NCBI GenBank assembly: GCA_038087875.1 | Contig: CM075996.1 | Coordinates: 1,676,001-1,740,000 of the forward strand | Length of the DNA: 64,000 nucleotides | Direction: 5' to 3' | From: Malacoraja senta | Lineage: Eukaryota | In this document: positions 50,308 through 63,233 of the stretch, one piece after another | Layout of the letters: every line of letters begins with the position of its first letter | Position numbering within the stretch: position 1 is the stretch's first letter | Made by a program: the position numbers and the translations under genes | Notes under the pieces: generated by a model | The model's database searches: none | Told to the model about the DNA's origin: nothing | The model's input: only the letters and a program-made list of their open reading frames with translations

Positions 50308-51129
50308 ATAGATGCTGCCTCACCCGCTGAGTTTCTCCAGCATTTTTTGTCTACCTTCGATTTTTCCAGCATCTGCAGTTCTTTCTTAACCTTCTCAATA
50401 ACTCAAGTCCTCAAGTCTAGGAAATACATTGGTGCATATCTTTCTTGAGAGAGATACAGCACAGAAACAGGCCCTTCGGCCCACCGAGTCCACGCTGACC
50501 ATCGATCACCCGTTCTATGTTATCCCACTTTCTTATCCACACGCCACCCACCAGGGGGGCAATTTACAGAGGGCCAATTAACCTACAAACCGGCACGTCT
50601 TTGGGATGTGGGAGGAAAACGGAACAACCTAGAGGAAACTAATGTGGTCAGAGGGAGAAAGTGCAAACTCCACAAAGACGGCACCCATGCTCAGGATCGA
50701 ACCCGGGTCTTTGGAGTGTTGAGGCGTCAGCTCTACCAGTTGTTCCACTGTGCCATCCTGAATTGAGAAATAAGCCAGGTTTTCCATTTCCAAATCACAA
50801 TAAACACAATAGCAGCCGTACGTTCTATTTCTGCGTTCAAAATTTACGTAGCTCCATTCGTTCAAATCAGTCCAAACCCATATCAGACCAAAGCCTACAT
50901 ATTCCCTCCGCAGACGCTGACTGACCCACTGAGTTACTCCAGCACTTTGTCTTTTCCTCAAGATTCCAGCACCTGCAGTTCCTTGGCTATTGAGCACCAC
51001 CTTATATTGTGCTCATTATTACCTCGATGCTCCCCAGATAATATGCTCCAGTTTAATCCAGTCCACTAACAAATGCTCCCTCTTTGGGAACTTGACCTCC
51101 AATACACACATGGCAGGAACACAATCCTT

Positions 51130-52030
51130 TTAGTTTAGTTAAGTTTAGAGATACAGCGCGGAAACAGGCCCTTCGGCCCACCCAGTCCGTGCCGACCAGC
51201 GATCCCCGCACGCTAACACTATCCTACACAGACGAGCGACAATTTTTACATTTAGACCAAGCCAATTAACCTACAAACCTGTGCGACTTTGGAATGTGGG
51301 AGGAAACAGATGATCTTGGAGAGAACCCACGCAGGTCGCAGGGGGAAGGTACAAACTCCGTACAGACAGCACCCGTAGTCAGGATGGAACCCGGGTCTCT
51401 GGCGCTGTGAGGCAGCAACTCTACCGCTTTATATCTTTTATTCCCAGCATTTATTTTACTGATTGATTTGCAGGAGTTAAAAGTTCTCATGAATATTATA
51501 TGACGCTAATCACTTATTTCTGTTATAAGCTTGCACATTCCTTGCCTACCTACCTCCCTTCACAGTTTTATATAGATTATTCCTTTGAGCTTGATTGATC
51601 TTTTTAATTTCTTATCTTTATCTGTGTGGATTCTATTTCTGTCGTGCTCTTTGCTGTCATTACCTCGTTTAAGTACTCCTACGCCACCACCCTTTGTTTC
51701 TTCTCTATCTTCTAAAAATAGGGGTCACGGTGGCGCAGCGGGTAGAGCTGCTGCCTCACAGAGCCAGAGACCCGGGTTCCAGACTGACTACTGTCGGGCG
51801 CTGTCTGTAGGGAGTTTGTACCTTCTCCCCGTGACCTGCGTGGGTTTTCCCCGGGTGTTCCGGTTTCTTCCCACACTCCAAAGACGTGCAGGTTTTGCAG
51901 GTTTAATTGGCTTTGGTAAATTGTACAAAATTGTCCCAAGTGTGTGTAGGTTAGTGTAAGGGGTGAACATTAGTTAACACGGACTCTGTGGGCCGAAGGG
52001 TCGGTTTCCGCTCTGTATCTCTAATGTCTA
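51130..52030. mobile_element. Two divergent V-SINEs (51130-51428 minus, 51722-52030 plus)
   Basis: Inverted pair ~300 bp apart. Confidence 0.8.
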
Positions 52031-53346
52031 AAAATGTTATACTTCGATACTGAATTCAATAGACAATAGACAATAGGTGCAGGAGTAGGCCATTTGGCCC
52101 TTTGAGCCAGCACCGGCATTCAATGTGATCATGGCTGATCATCCCCTTATTTTCCAAAATATACAGGTTTTTAATGCATTATTTATGCATTAAAAAAATG
52201 CATTAGTTGCTGAGGCACTAATCCTCAACAGGTCAGGCAGCATCTCCGGAGAGAAGGAATGGGTGACATTTTGGGTCGAGACCCTTCCTCGGACTGATGA
52301 ACTGATGTTCACTGCTGGTGAACTGAACTGCACTCCCAACCCATCATCTCCACTGCCATCACTCAAGTACCTTATAGATGACTTGACCCAAACAGAAAGT
52401 AGTGATCTTTTTAAGCTGTTTACCCATTTGATTGACTCACTGTGGAGTTTGTCACTTTGAATCGTGACCTTGTGGTTCGGCAGTGCAGATTCAGGTCAAA
52501 CGGGTCCTTCCTGATCCTATTGCACTTTTCAAACTTCTCCGAGCTGCTCGCGCCAACCTCGCCGGAGAATCATGGACTTGTTCGGAAACTGGCTCTGGCG
52601 CTGGTGGTCACACAGACCACCGCTACCTCCTCCAACCCCAGTTCCGTTCACCCACTTCCTGTCATGCCCCTCCAAACTATTCCCTCTCTCATCTCACCCA
52701 TGCCTCGATATGGTGGCACAGCGGCAGAGTTGCTGCCGTACGGTGCTAGAGACCCGGGCTCGATCCTGACAATGGGTGCCCTCGAATCCTGGCAACATCT
52801 TCATAAATCTTCTCTGCACCCTTTCCAGCTTGACGACATCTTCCCTAAAACATGCTGCCCAAAATTGAGCAAAATACTCTAAATGTGGCCTCACCAGCGT
52901 CTGACACAACTTCAAGCCCGTATTTTTAAACTTCAAATTTTAAACTGTGTCCTTGATCCTTAAACCAGCCCTTGAACCACCTTATCTCACCGCTGGATGT
53001 TGTTAAAGTGGGTTTGACATCTGTTCTAATTCTGCCGTCACTCTCCCACTTCTCCTTGATCACAGCTCTCTCTCTCTCTCTCCACTTTCCTCTTAATCCC
53101 GCGTTATCCCTTGCTCCCTGATCAGAATGCCTCACGAAGGGCACCAATATGTCCCGTCATGCCCCAATAACACTTCAATAGCAACTGTGCAAATTGCACA
53201 GCGCCCTGTCACCAAAACATCATCTCTTGCAGAGGCACTAATCCCCCTGATCTCCATCCCGACCTTGGTCTTTGTATGCGAGCTGTAGGTTTGGCGCTGA
53301 AGCCTGATCCAGTCCACGTTGTAGCTCGCAGTTCACATTTATGGGC

Positions 53347-53352
53347 GCACAC

Positions 53353-53416
<64 letters not shown>
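53347..53416. repeat. (CA)n microsatellite
   Basis: Direct reading. Confidence 0.95.
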
Positions 53417-53418
<2 letters not shown>

Positions 53419-55060
53419 CGGAGGTGCCTCCGCGGCAGATGCCTTCCGGAGGTGCCGCTGAGAAGCTGCGGAGCCCGTGGCTGGGGGCCGGGGTCGGCGT
53501 CCGGAGCGGAACCGGCGGCGACGGTGGAGAGGTCGGTGCGGCGGTCGATGACGGCGCTGACCGGCCCTACCGACGGACGAGGGCGGACACGTGGAAGTGA
53601 GGACGCCGCTGCCGGGGGAAGGAACACAGGAGGAGCCGGCATGGGGGGGGGTGGGGGCGGATCGCCGTGAGGGAGTGGAAGGGGGACAGAACACAGGGGG
53701 AACTGGTGCGGGAGGGGGCGAATTTGTAGCTTGCCCTTTATGGGCCACTATTTGCATACCGTGGCAATGTATCCAAGCAAAGAGTTTCACTGTGACTTGT
53801 TACATGTGACAATAATGTATCCAATTCAAGTCGACACACCTGCTGCAGGTGGAGGCAGTGGAGGCAGTGGAGGCAGTAGAGGCAGTGGAGGCAGTGACGA
53901 TAGTGGCCTTTAACAGACGTTCAACTGTACAGGGAATGGAGGCATATGGATTCCGTGCAGTCAGATAAGAGTCAGCGAAACAGGGAACTGCAGATGCGGG
54001 TTTACAAAACAAAAAAGACACAAAATGCTGGAGTAATTTAACAGGTCAGGCAGCATCTCTGGAGGACATGGATAGGTGACTTTTCGGGACGGGACTTAAT
54101 GCAAAGAATAGACACTCCCGACCAGAAATGTCAACTATCCATGTTCTTCAGGCCCTTCAGCCCATAATGTCCATGCCGAACATAATGCCAAGACGAATCA
54201 ATTACCTCTGTCTGCACGTGATCCATATCCCCACCATTCCCTCCATAATCCATGTGCCTATTTAAAAGTGTAGGAAGGAACTGCAGGTGCTGGTTTAAAA
54301 ACAAAGACAGACTCAAAAAACAGGAGTAACTCAACGGGACACGCAGCATCTGTGGAGAGAAGGAATGAGTGACGTTTCGAGTCGAGATCCTTCTTCAGTC
54401 TCGACCCGAAACGTCACCCATAGATGCTGCCCGTCCGCTGAGTTACTCCAGCTTTTTTGTGCCTATCTAAAAGTCTCTTAAATGCCACTATCGTATCTGC
54501 CTCCACCACCACCCCTGGCAGCGCGTTCCAGGCACCCACCACCCTCTGGGTAAAAAAAAAACCCACACATGTCCCTTTAAACCTTTGCCCCTCTCACCTT
54601 AAAGTTATGGCCCTTTAGTATCAAAACAATCCAGGTATCCAGGTTTGTCCAACAAATGACTCATTCAAACATACAGTGCCATGTTCACAGACAAAACGCT
54701 GCCGGTACATACACCATTACTCGCTGTTGGTGACTGTGGCAGATCCCTGTCCTATAAACTGCTTACTCTGTTTAAAGGACCCGAGCGCCCAATCTAATCA
54801 ATAATTTATAAAAAATCTTTAGTCAACCTTTTGCAATGAAGGAGCACCTTCAGCAACAGACTGGTCCCACCAAGATGCAGCACAGAACGCTACAGGAGAT
54901 CCTTCTTCCCTGTGGCTATCAAACTGTACAACTCCTCCCCCTTCTGTCGTGGGGTAGACTGAGACTGACCACACCCCCCCCCCCCCCCAATCTTTGCACA
55001 TCCCCAATCCTTTCCACTCGTCACTTTAATTTCATGTTCCATGTATTTTGTGTTTTTATG

Positions 55061-55360
55061 GGTCACAGTTTAAGGATAAGGGGGAAGGAAGTCTTTTAGG
55101 ACCAGGATGATAAAAACATTTTTCACACAGAGAGTGGTGAATCTGTGGAATTCTCTGCCACAGAAGGTAGTTGAGGCCAGTTCATTGGCTATATTTAAGA
55201 GGGAGTTAGATGTGGCCCTTGTGGCTAAAGGGATCAGGGGGTATGGAGAGAAGGCAGGTACAGGATACTGAGTTGGATGATCAGCCATGATCATAATGAA
55301 TGGCGTTGCAGGCTCGAAGGGCCGAATGGCCTACTCCTGCACCTATTTTCTATGTTTCTA
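55061..55360 (+). mobile_element. CR1 3' fragment with TSD, inside a Rex1/Babar 3' end (54820-55420)
   Basis: tgtttttatg is duplicated at 55051-55060 and 55361-55370. The host encodes STFSNRLVPPRCSTERYRRSFFPVAIKLYNS-like sequence. Confidence 0.75.
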
Positions 55361-55966
55361 TGTTTTTATGACTGTTGGCAGATCAATTTTCCTCCTGGGA
55401 TAAATAGAGCTATCGTATCGTAATATTAAAAATTCTGGAATCTTGTTTTTTACATTTTAAGGCATGTCCAATACACCATCCCATTACAAGAAAAAAGCAT
55501 TGGATACAACAGACACACACCGAGATACACTTAACGGGTACATCACACATACACATTCATGTATAAATATCCACTAGACATGCTTAAATGAACACAAAAC
55601 CCACTCTTACATATGCTGTAAATAAATGCTTCATTCTCACATGTGTAACACATAGATACACACGTCCCTCACAAATACATGTTTTTTACATGTCACATAC
55701 ACACATACATCCATTTCAGACACAAGTCATACATACATTTCTCTTACACACGCACATACACTTATTCTACACACATATGACAATGCCAATACTCCCATTA
55801 AACTACTGTTCCATACATTGACCAATGCACTGGGAAAGTGCGGAATATCCATTGGATTGAGTGGACATATTGGTTGTACAAGACATTGGTCAGTATTGGG
55901 CTCAGTTTTGGTCACCCTGCTTGAGGTGGGACATCATTAAGCTGGAAAGAGCGCAGAGAAGATTTA

Positions 55967-56280
55967 TAGCCCTGTCCCACGGTACGAGTTCATTCCAAGA
56001 GCTCTCCCGAGTTTTTAAAAAATCAAACTCGTGGTAAGCACGGAGAATGAACGTAGCGGGTACGTCGGAGCTCGGGGACATCTCTTAGCGCTAACGGCAG
56101 GTACTCAGGAAGACTCGCTAACGGCAGGTAAGCACGGGAAGACTCGTGAAGATTTTTCAACATGATGAAAAATGTCCACGAGAGCCCCGAGTACCGACGA
56201 GCGGCCATTACCGTAAATCTCCGAGTTCGAATCAGGGCAAACTCGGGAGAGCTCTTGGAATGAACTCGTACCGTGGGGTT
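55967..56280. mobile_element. PIF/Harbinger-type MITE within a CR1 fragment (55860-56580)
   Basis: ~39-bp perfect inverted repeat cccacggtacgagttcattccaagagctctcccgagttt. TTA TSD splits agaagattta|cgaggatg. Confidence 0.8.
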
Positions 56281-59200
56281 TTACGAGGATGCCGCCAGGA
56301 CTATTGTTGGGGAAATCAAGACATAGAAGGCATATGTTTAAGGCGAGAGGGGGAAGATTTAATAGGAACCCGAGAGGCAACTTTTTCCACACTGTCCAAA
56401 CTGTATGGAATGAGCTGCCAGAGGAGGTAGTTGAGGCAACTACTGCAGCAACATGTAAAAGACACTTGGACAGGTACATGGATAGGAAAGGTTTAAAGGG
56501 ATATGGGCCATATGCAGGCAGGTGGGACTGGCCTAGATGGGGCATATTTGTTGGCATGAAGGGCATGTTTCCATGCAAGAATAAAATGAACTGAAGGGAT
56601 AATCGACAAGGGTCACCTTTGGCTCACCTTTAGCACTGGTCAATATTTTCTCTTTTTTGTGGCTCCGTTTTGCGGGCGAGAATTTGTGAATTGTTGCCTT
56701 TGTTGCTAAACCAAATGTTTCTCTGAAAATTCTACGAGGTTGAAATTCCTGGCAGGTGGAAGGGAAAAATGTCACTAGAATTCAGGGTGTATTTGTGATC
56801 ATATAAAATCATGTCGTACAAAAAGTTCGCCATTCAGCCCATCAACTCAGTCCATTCAAAAGAGAGTTAGATAGAGCTCTTAGGGCTAGCGGAGTCAGGG
56901 GATATGGGGAGAAGGCAGGAACGGGGGTACTGATTGTGGATGATCAGCCATGATCACATTGAATGGCGGTGCTGGCTCGAAGGGCCGAATGGCCTACTCC
57001 TGCACCTATTGTCTATGTATTTATGTAACTCCGTGTTTCCCCTTTGGTAAAGGTCTCTAGTTATTTCCGATCCTTTCCCTAATGACCATGTTTTTGCTTT
57101 TCCTTACACTACTGACCAAGACACCCAAGGTTATTATTTTGGTCACCTATTGTATTAATTCCCTCTCTCTCATACATATCTGGGAGACCACAGTATGACA
57201 TTCTTGAGAAAGAGTTGAGGCCTGGTGGAGAAGGGTCCCGACATGAAACATCACCCATCCATGTCCTTCAGAGATGGTGTCCACCCCACTGAGTTTATCC
57301 AGCAGTTTGTGTTCTCTTTTGTTAGGCTTGATTAGGTTTATTATTGTCACATGTTCCGAGGTACAGTGAAAAGCTTTGTTTTGCAAACTATCCAAACAGA
57401 TCAGATATACCAAAGATAGGTACAATCAGTCAAACTCCAGTCCAATAGGTAGAGCAAAGGGGAAGATACAGAGTGCAGAATATAGTTCTCAGCATTGTAG
57501 CGCATCAGTTCCAGAGACAAAGTCCAATGTCCGCAATGGGGTGGAGGTGAATCGGACAGTACCCTAGCTTATGGAAGGGCCGTTCAGAAGCCTGATAACA
57601 GAGGGGAAGAAGCTGTTCCTGAGAGAAGCTGTTCCTGGGTACTGTAAGATCTGATATATGGATAACAATCAAATTAAGAGCATTAGCGATGTTAATTGAG
57701 ATGTTAATAAGGGCTAGGACATTGTGAGAAACACTTCTATCTCCTTGAAACAACCCGGATTCTTAATTAGTCCATTGGCGGCACGGTGGCGCTGCGATAG
57801 AGTTGGTGCCTTATAGGGCCAGAGACCCGGGTTCGATCCTGACCTCGAGCGCTGTCTGTACAGAGTTTGTACGTTCTCCCCGTGACCGCATGGGCTTATA
57901 ACATCCCAAAGTAGAAATTCTCAATCGATCCAAAGTATCTCCCAATAACTCGTGCACACTCTCTGAGCAAAAAACCCCTTTTTCCTCCCACATTCCCACT
58001 GAGTTAATGGTCTGTGGAATTCTCTGCTTCAGAGTCTGTGGAATTCTCTTCCTCAGAGGGCGGTGGAGGCAAGTCCTCTGGATGCTTTCAAGAGAGAGCT
58101 AGATAGGGCTCTTAAAAATAGCGGTGTCAGGGGATATGGGGAGAAGGCAGGAACGGGGTACTGATTGTGGATGATCAGCCATGATCATATTGAATGGCCA
58201 AATTGTCTATTGTCTATTGTCATAATGTTGTCAGTGTTCCCTGGTTCAGAAGATCTGCTATTTTACCAACTCCGACCTAAATCGATGAGGATTTACTGTT
58301 TGGAAGCTGACCGTCTTGGAGAAGATTTGATTGAGGAATGGAACATCTAAACACTGTAGTCCAATAACAGGAACCACCTCAGTGAATCTATGTGGTGTCC
58401 CTGCAAGGATTTATACCATCTATTCTGGGTAAGTCTGGATCATGGTTGACTTTCCTCTTGCTTCACCACAGAGTTAATATTGAACCTAGAACATGTGAAT
58501 GTGTCTGCCCTCAGCCCACAGCAGCAAGTGTTTCTGGTCAACTTGTCCCTGAGACGCCATCTCTCTCACATTTATTATCTCACTTCTCGTGTGGCCTAAT
58601 CTTGTTGTTTGGATCGGCCGCCACGCTTTCTACAGCTCGGTAAAGTCATGGAATATGAGGGGAAGTAAGACACACAAAAAGCTGGAGAAACTCAGCGGGA
58701 CAGGCAGCATCTCTGGAGAGAAGGAATGGATAGCGTTTCGGGTCGAGACCCTTCTTCAGAATGAGAGTCAGGGGAAAGGGAAACGAGAGATATAGACGGT
58801 GATATGGAGAGATGTAGAACAAATGAATGCCAAGGAAAGGTGGAGGGGAAACAGATAAGGATTCTGATAACAGGGGCTTATGGGGAGGAGGCAGGAGAAT
58901 GAGGTTGAGGGGGAGAGATAGATCAGCCATGATTGAATGGCGGAGTAGGCTTGATGGGCTGAATGACCTAATTCTGCTCCTATCACATGAACTTATGAAC
59001 AGCGAGGCTCCATGCTGTCAAGCCAACTTTGGGGGGACACGTGTCATGTGATCACACCCTCCCTTCCACTTCTGGTCACCTGACATCATCTCAGAGACAT
59101 TCCTTCTTTCCCCAGGCAATCAGGAAGTGAGCAGATCCACAAATGGAGCAGTACAGCACAGGAACAGACCATTCAGCCCACGATGCCCATGCCCAACATG

Positions 59201-59871
59201 GCGCCAAGTTAGACTAATCTCCTCTGCCTCCACGTGATCCACATCCCTCTAACTCCTGGCAATCTAAAAGCCTCTTAAACACCACTATGGTATCTGCCTC
59301 CACCACCATCCATGGCAGCGCGTTCCAGGCACCCAACACCCTCTGGGTAAAAAACTTGCCCCCCCCCTTTAAACTTTGCCTCTCTCACCTTATAAAGTCA
59401 TTGACATTTCCGCTCTTGGGGGAAAGGTTCTGACTGTCTACCCTATCTATGCCGCTCCTCATTTTATACACTTCTACCAGGTTTCTCCTCATCTCTGACA
59501 TTCCAGAGAAAACAATCCAAGTCCATCCAACCTCTCCCTGTGGTTGAGGCCCTCTAATCTAGGCGTCATTCTGTTTAAAAGAGATTGATAGTCAACACTT
59601 CTATCCTGATCTCCCCTCAGCCTCCAACTCTCCAGAGAAAACATACCCAGCTTGTCCAACCTCTACTTATAGCTAATGGCCTCTAATCCAGGCAGGTTCA
59701 AGCCAATGTCAAAGCCTTTAGCCCAATAGCCACCCTTCTGCCCGTAGCTATCTACAACATTCTAAGCGCTAATGTTGAGATGCTCAGGAAAAATAAGCAC
59801 ACAGCCCAATCCCATTTATACCAATGCCTCAAATTAACTCCAGCGTTACTGGAGGTCAAATATGCAGTTTA

Positions 59872-61107
59872 ACTCTTGAAATGACAGAAAGATGCCTTCC
59901 CTATAAAGATGTCCCATCTTTTTAATTCCATAATTTTTCCATTGTATTAAACCTCTATCCAATATGGATGGCTTGAATAAAGGATTATTTACAATGGGAA
60001 GACATAGTGGTATATTATTCAGAATCATGGACTACACTCAAATAATGTTTTCAGATATCTACAAATTAGAGATTATGTTAAATCTAATACACAAGTATAT
60101 AGGACTAGGGAACCAGAAATTCTTGATGAATGTTTGAATAAGCATCCTAACACTGAAAACTTAATAGCTTATATTTATAACACCCTCTTAAACAATGAGG
60201 TACCACCGATGAAACTATATAGACACACATGGGGAAATGAGTTATGTCATCCTATAACGAAAGACATTTGGGACGAAAGTTTACAACATATACATCAATG
60301 CTCGTTAAATGCCAGACATGCTTTAATACAATTTAAAGTCTTACACAGATTACATTACTCCAAAATAAAACTAAATAGAATCTTCCCACATATTTCTCCT
60401 GTCTGTGATAAATGCCTACATCTAGAGGCCAATTTAACACATACTTTTGCAAATTGTATAAAAATCAAAAATTTCTGGATTGATATTTTTGAAATAATTT
60501 CTGAAGTTGTTAATACTAAATTGGATCCAGACTCAAAATTAATAATACTTGGGATATCAGAACAAAGTTTAACACTCACAACAAGCCAAAGAAACTTCCT
60601 TGACTACAGTATAATAACTGGGAAAAAATTAATATTAAAATTTTGGAAAGGTCCTATAACCCCCGCAATTAAAATGTGGATTGTGGAAATGTCGGAGACC
60701 CTACATCTAGAAAGAATTAGACTTGTCTTAATGGACAAACAATAACTTTTTGTTAAAATATGGGCTCCATTCATTAACTATTTGAAGGGATAGATGGGCC
60801 GAGCACGAAAACCCAACTGAAGCTTGAACTCAGGATTAGATGTAAAATTATATTTCATAACCTACGAACTTATCTCCAATGACGTATTATAAGTATTATA
60901 AGTAACTCATACCACCTCTTTTTTTTGTGATATTTGTAATGCTTTTTTCTTTCTACCTCTCTTTTTCTATCTATATTTTTAAAAAACCACTAGAAGCAGA
61001 ATTAATTGACAATTGACAATTTTAATGTAAGTTTTTTTTTCTATTATAATATGTTATTATACTTTATAATATGTTTGCTTCTAATAAAAATATTATTTTA
61101 AAAAAAA
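59872..61107 (+). mobile_element. L1-clade LINE 3' fragment with 5' inversion
   Basis: ORF2 C-terminus (IQFKVLHRLHY, CDKC...HTFANC zinc knuckle). AATAAA at 61083, A-tail, 14-bp TSD with 1 mismatch. 59872-~60020 is the preceding ORF2 segment on the minus strand. Confidence 0.85.
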
Positions 61108-62655
61108 TGTGCAGTTTAGAATTAGCACTCCAGTTTAGAATTAGGCTTGTCCTGACATTTGACCCATGGTGGAACTCAACAGCGACCAAATGGCAGCTTT
61201 GACAGGGGGGCCACAGTTTAAGAATAAGGAGTAAGCCATTTAGAACGGAGACGAGGAAACACTTTTTCTCACAGAGAGTGGCGAGTCTGTGGAATTCTCT
61301 GCCTCAGAGGGCGGTGGAGGCAGGTTCTCTGGATGCTTTCAAGAGAGAGCTAGATAGGGCTCTTAAAAACATTGGAGTCAGGGGATATGGGGAGAAGGCA
61401 GGAACGGGGGGTACTGATTGGGGATGATCAGCCATGATCACATTGAATGGCGGTGCTGGCTCGAAGGGCCGAATGGCCTACTCCTGCACCTATTGTCTAT
61501 TGTCTATTGACATCACCACGGTCCTTAACCAGAGTGGAAATGACCAAAGGTTTGACATTAAAACATGGGGAAACGTAAATGTTTTGACAATGAACTCGGT
61601 TATAGAGAATGTATTAGAGAGAGGGAATTAAAAGCAGAGGTGGTGTTGGGGGTGAGAATTCCTGAGGTTTGTGATTAGGGCTCAAGTGGCTGAAGGCTCG
61701 CCCGCCATTGGAAGCAAGGAGTCTTCAAGAGGCCAAGTTTCATTCGCACCCGACCCCTCTAGTTTCTGTCAGTCGCTCTTCGCGTTGCTGCCTCACGGCG
61801 CCAGGGACCCGGGTTCGATCCTGACTACGGATGCTGCCTGTACGGAATTTGCACGTTCTCCCCGTGACCGGGTGGGTTTTCTTCGGGTGCTCCGGTTTCT
61901 TCCCACATCCCAAGACGTGCAGGTTATTGTCCACAAATTGGCCCTCTGTACATCGTCCCCAGTGTGTGGGATAGAACTAGTGCGAGCGGGTGGTCGGCGA
62001 GGACTCGGAGGGGCCGAAGGGCCTGTTTCTACTATGTAGCTGTGAATTAAACCCTCGCGTTTCTCCTCAGCTCCTGTTCTCTCTCTGTGTGTCCTTTACT
62101 CGTGTCCTCTGCTACACGCCCTTTCTTTGTCTACCCCACACTTTTGTTCTCTAACCCCGTTTTCTCCACTCTCGCTTCCCGCTGCCCGTTCTTTCTTTCC
62201 CCTTCTGCCTCTCTGGCCCCACCAGTTCATCTTTCTTTCTTCTTTCCATTCCCCAGTCTTCCTTCCTTAATGCTCTCGTTCAGTCTTCCAACCCAGCTCT
62301 TTAACGATCCGCGCTTTCCCCGACTCGATGCCTTCATTTTGTTTCAATCCTCCATCATCTCTCATACCCCTCGCGGGCCCTGTTCATCTACAAACGATCC
62401 CACAGCCCCTAACCCTAACCCCCCACCCTGCCTCCGTCTCTATCCATCCGTCTCGCAATAACAAAAACAAAAAAAATCAATTACCACAGAAGGAATTCGG
62501 CCCATCATGCTCGGTCTCTATAAAGAGATAAGCAATTGGTTGCAGTCCACCTGTTCGTGGTTTGAAAGTGCAGGAAGGAACTGCAGATGCTGGTTTAAAC
62601 CGAAGATAGACACAAAGTGCTGGAGTAACTCAGCGGGGCAGGCAGCATCTCTGGG

Positions 62656-62711
62656 GAGAAGGGATGGGTCTGAAGAAGGGTCTCGACCCGAAACGTCGCC
62701 CATTCCTTCTC
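62656..62711 (+). ncRNA. Minimal type I hammerhead ribozyme motif in a PLE-derived fold-back
   Basis: CUGAAGA-A-GGG(UCUCGA)CCC-GAAA-C-GUC at 62670-62697, closed by gagaagggaugggu / gcccauuccuucuc. Confidence 0.6.
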
Positions 62712-63233
62712 TCCAGAGATGCTGCTGCCTGTCCCGCTGAGTTACTCCAGCGTTTTGTGTCTATCTTCGGATTGTCCTTCAAAAAGGTAGACACACACAC
62801 AGACACACACACACACAGACACACACAGTGCTGGAGTAACTCATTGGGTCAGGCAGCGTCTCTGGAGAACGTGGACAGGTGACCTTTCGGGTCGGGAGCC
62901 TTCTTCAGACCTCTCCACGTTCTCCAGAGATGCGCCACTTCAGACAATAGCCAATAGGTGCAGGAGTGGGCCATTCGGCCCTTCGAGCCAGCACCGTGAC
63001 TTTGTGCCTATATTTGCTGGATCTGCAGTTCTTTGTATCTACACGTTTTGCCTCCAATTCATTTTTTTGCCAAGCTGCTACTGAGCCTTCTTCCATTTTT
63101 CTTGCACCGACCAGTAATTTCATTTGCACCGTGTCTTTTACACAGTGCCCCCCCTCCCCCTCTCTCTCTGTTCCTTCTCTTGTCCCTGGACCCCCTCCCC
63201 TCCCATGCCCCAACCCCCACGCAGACCACTCAC

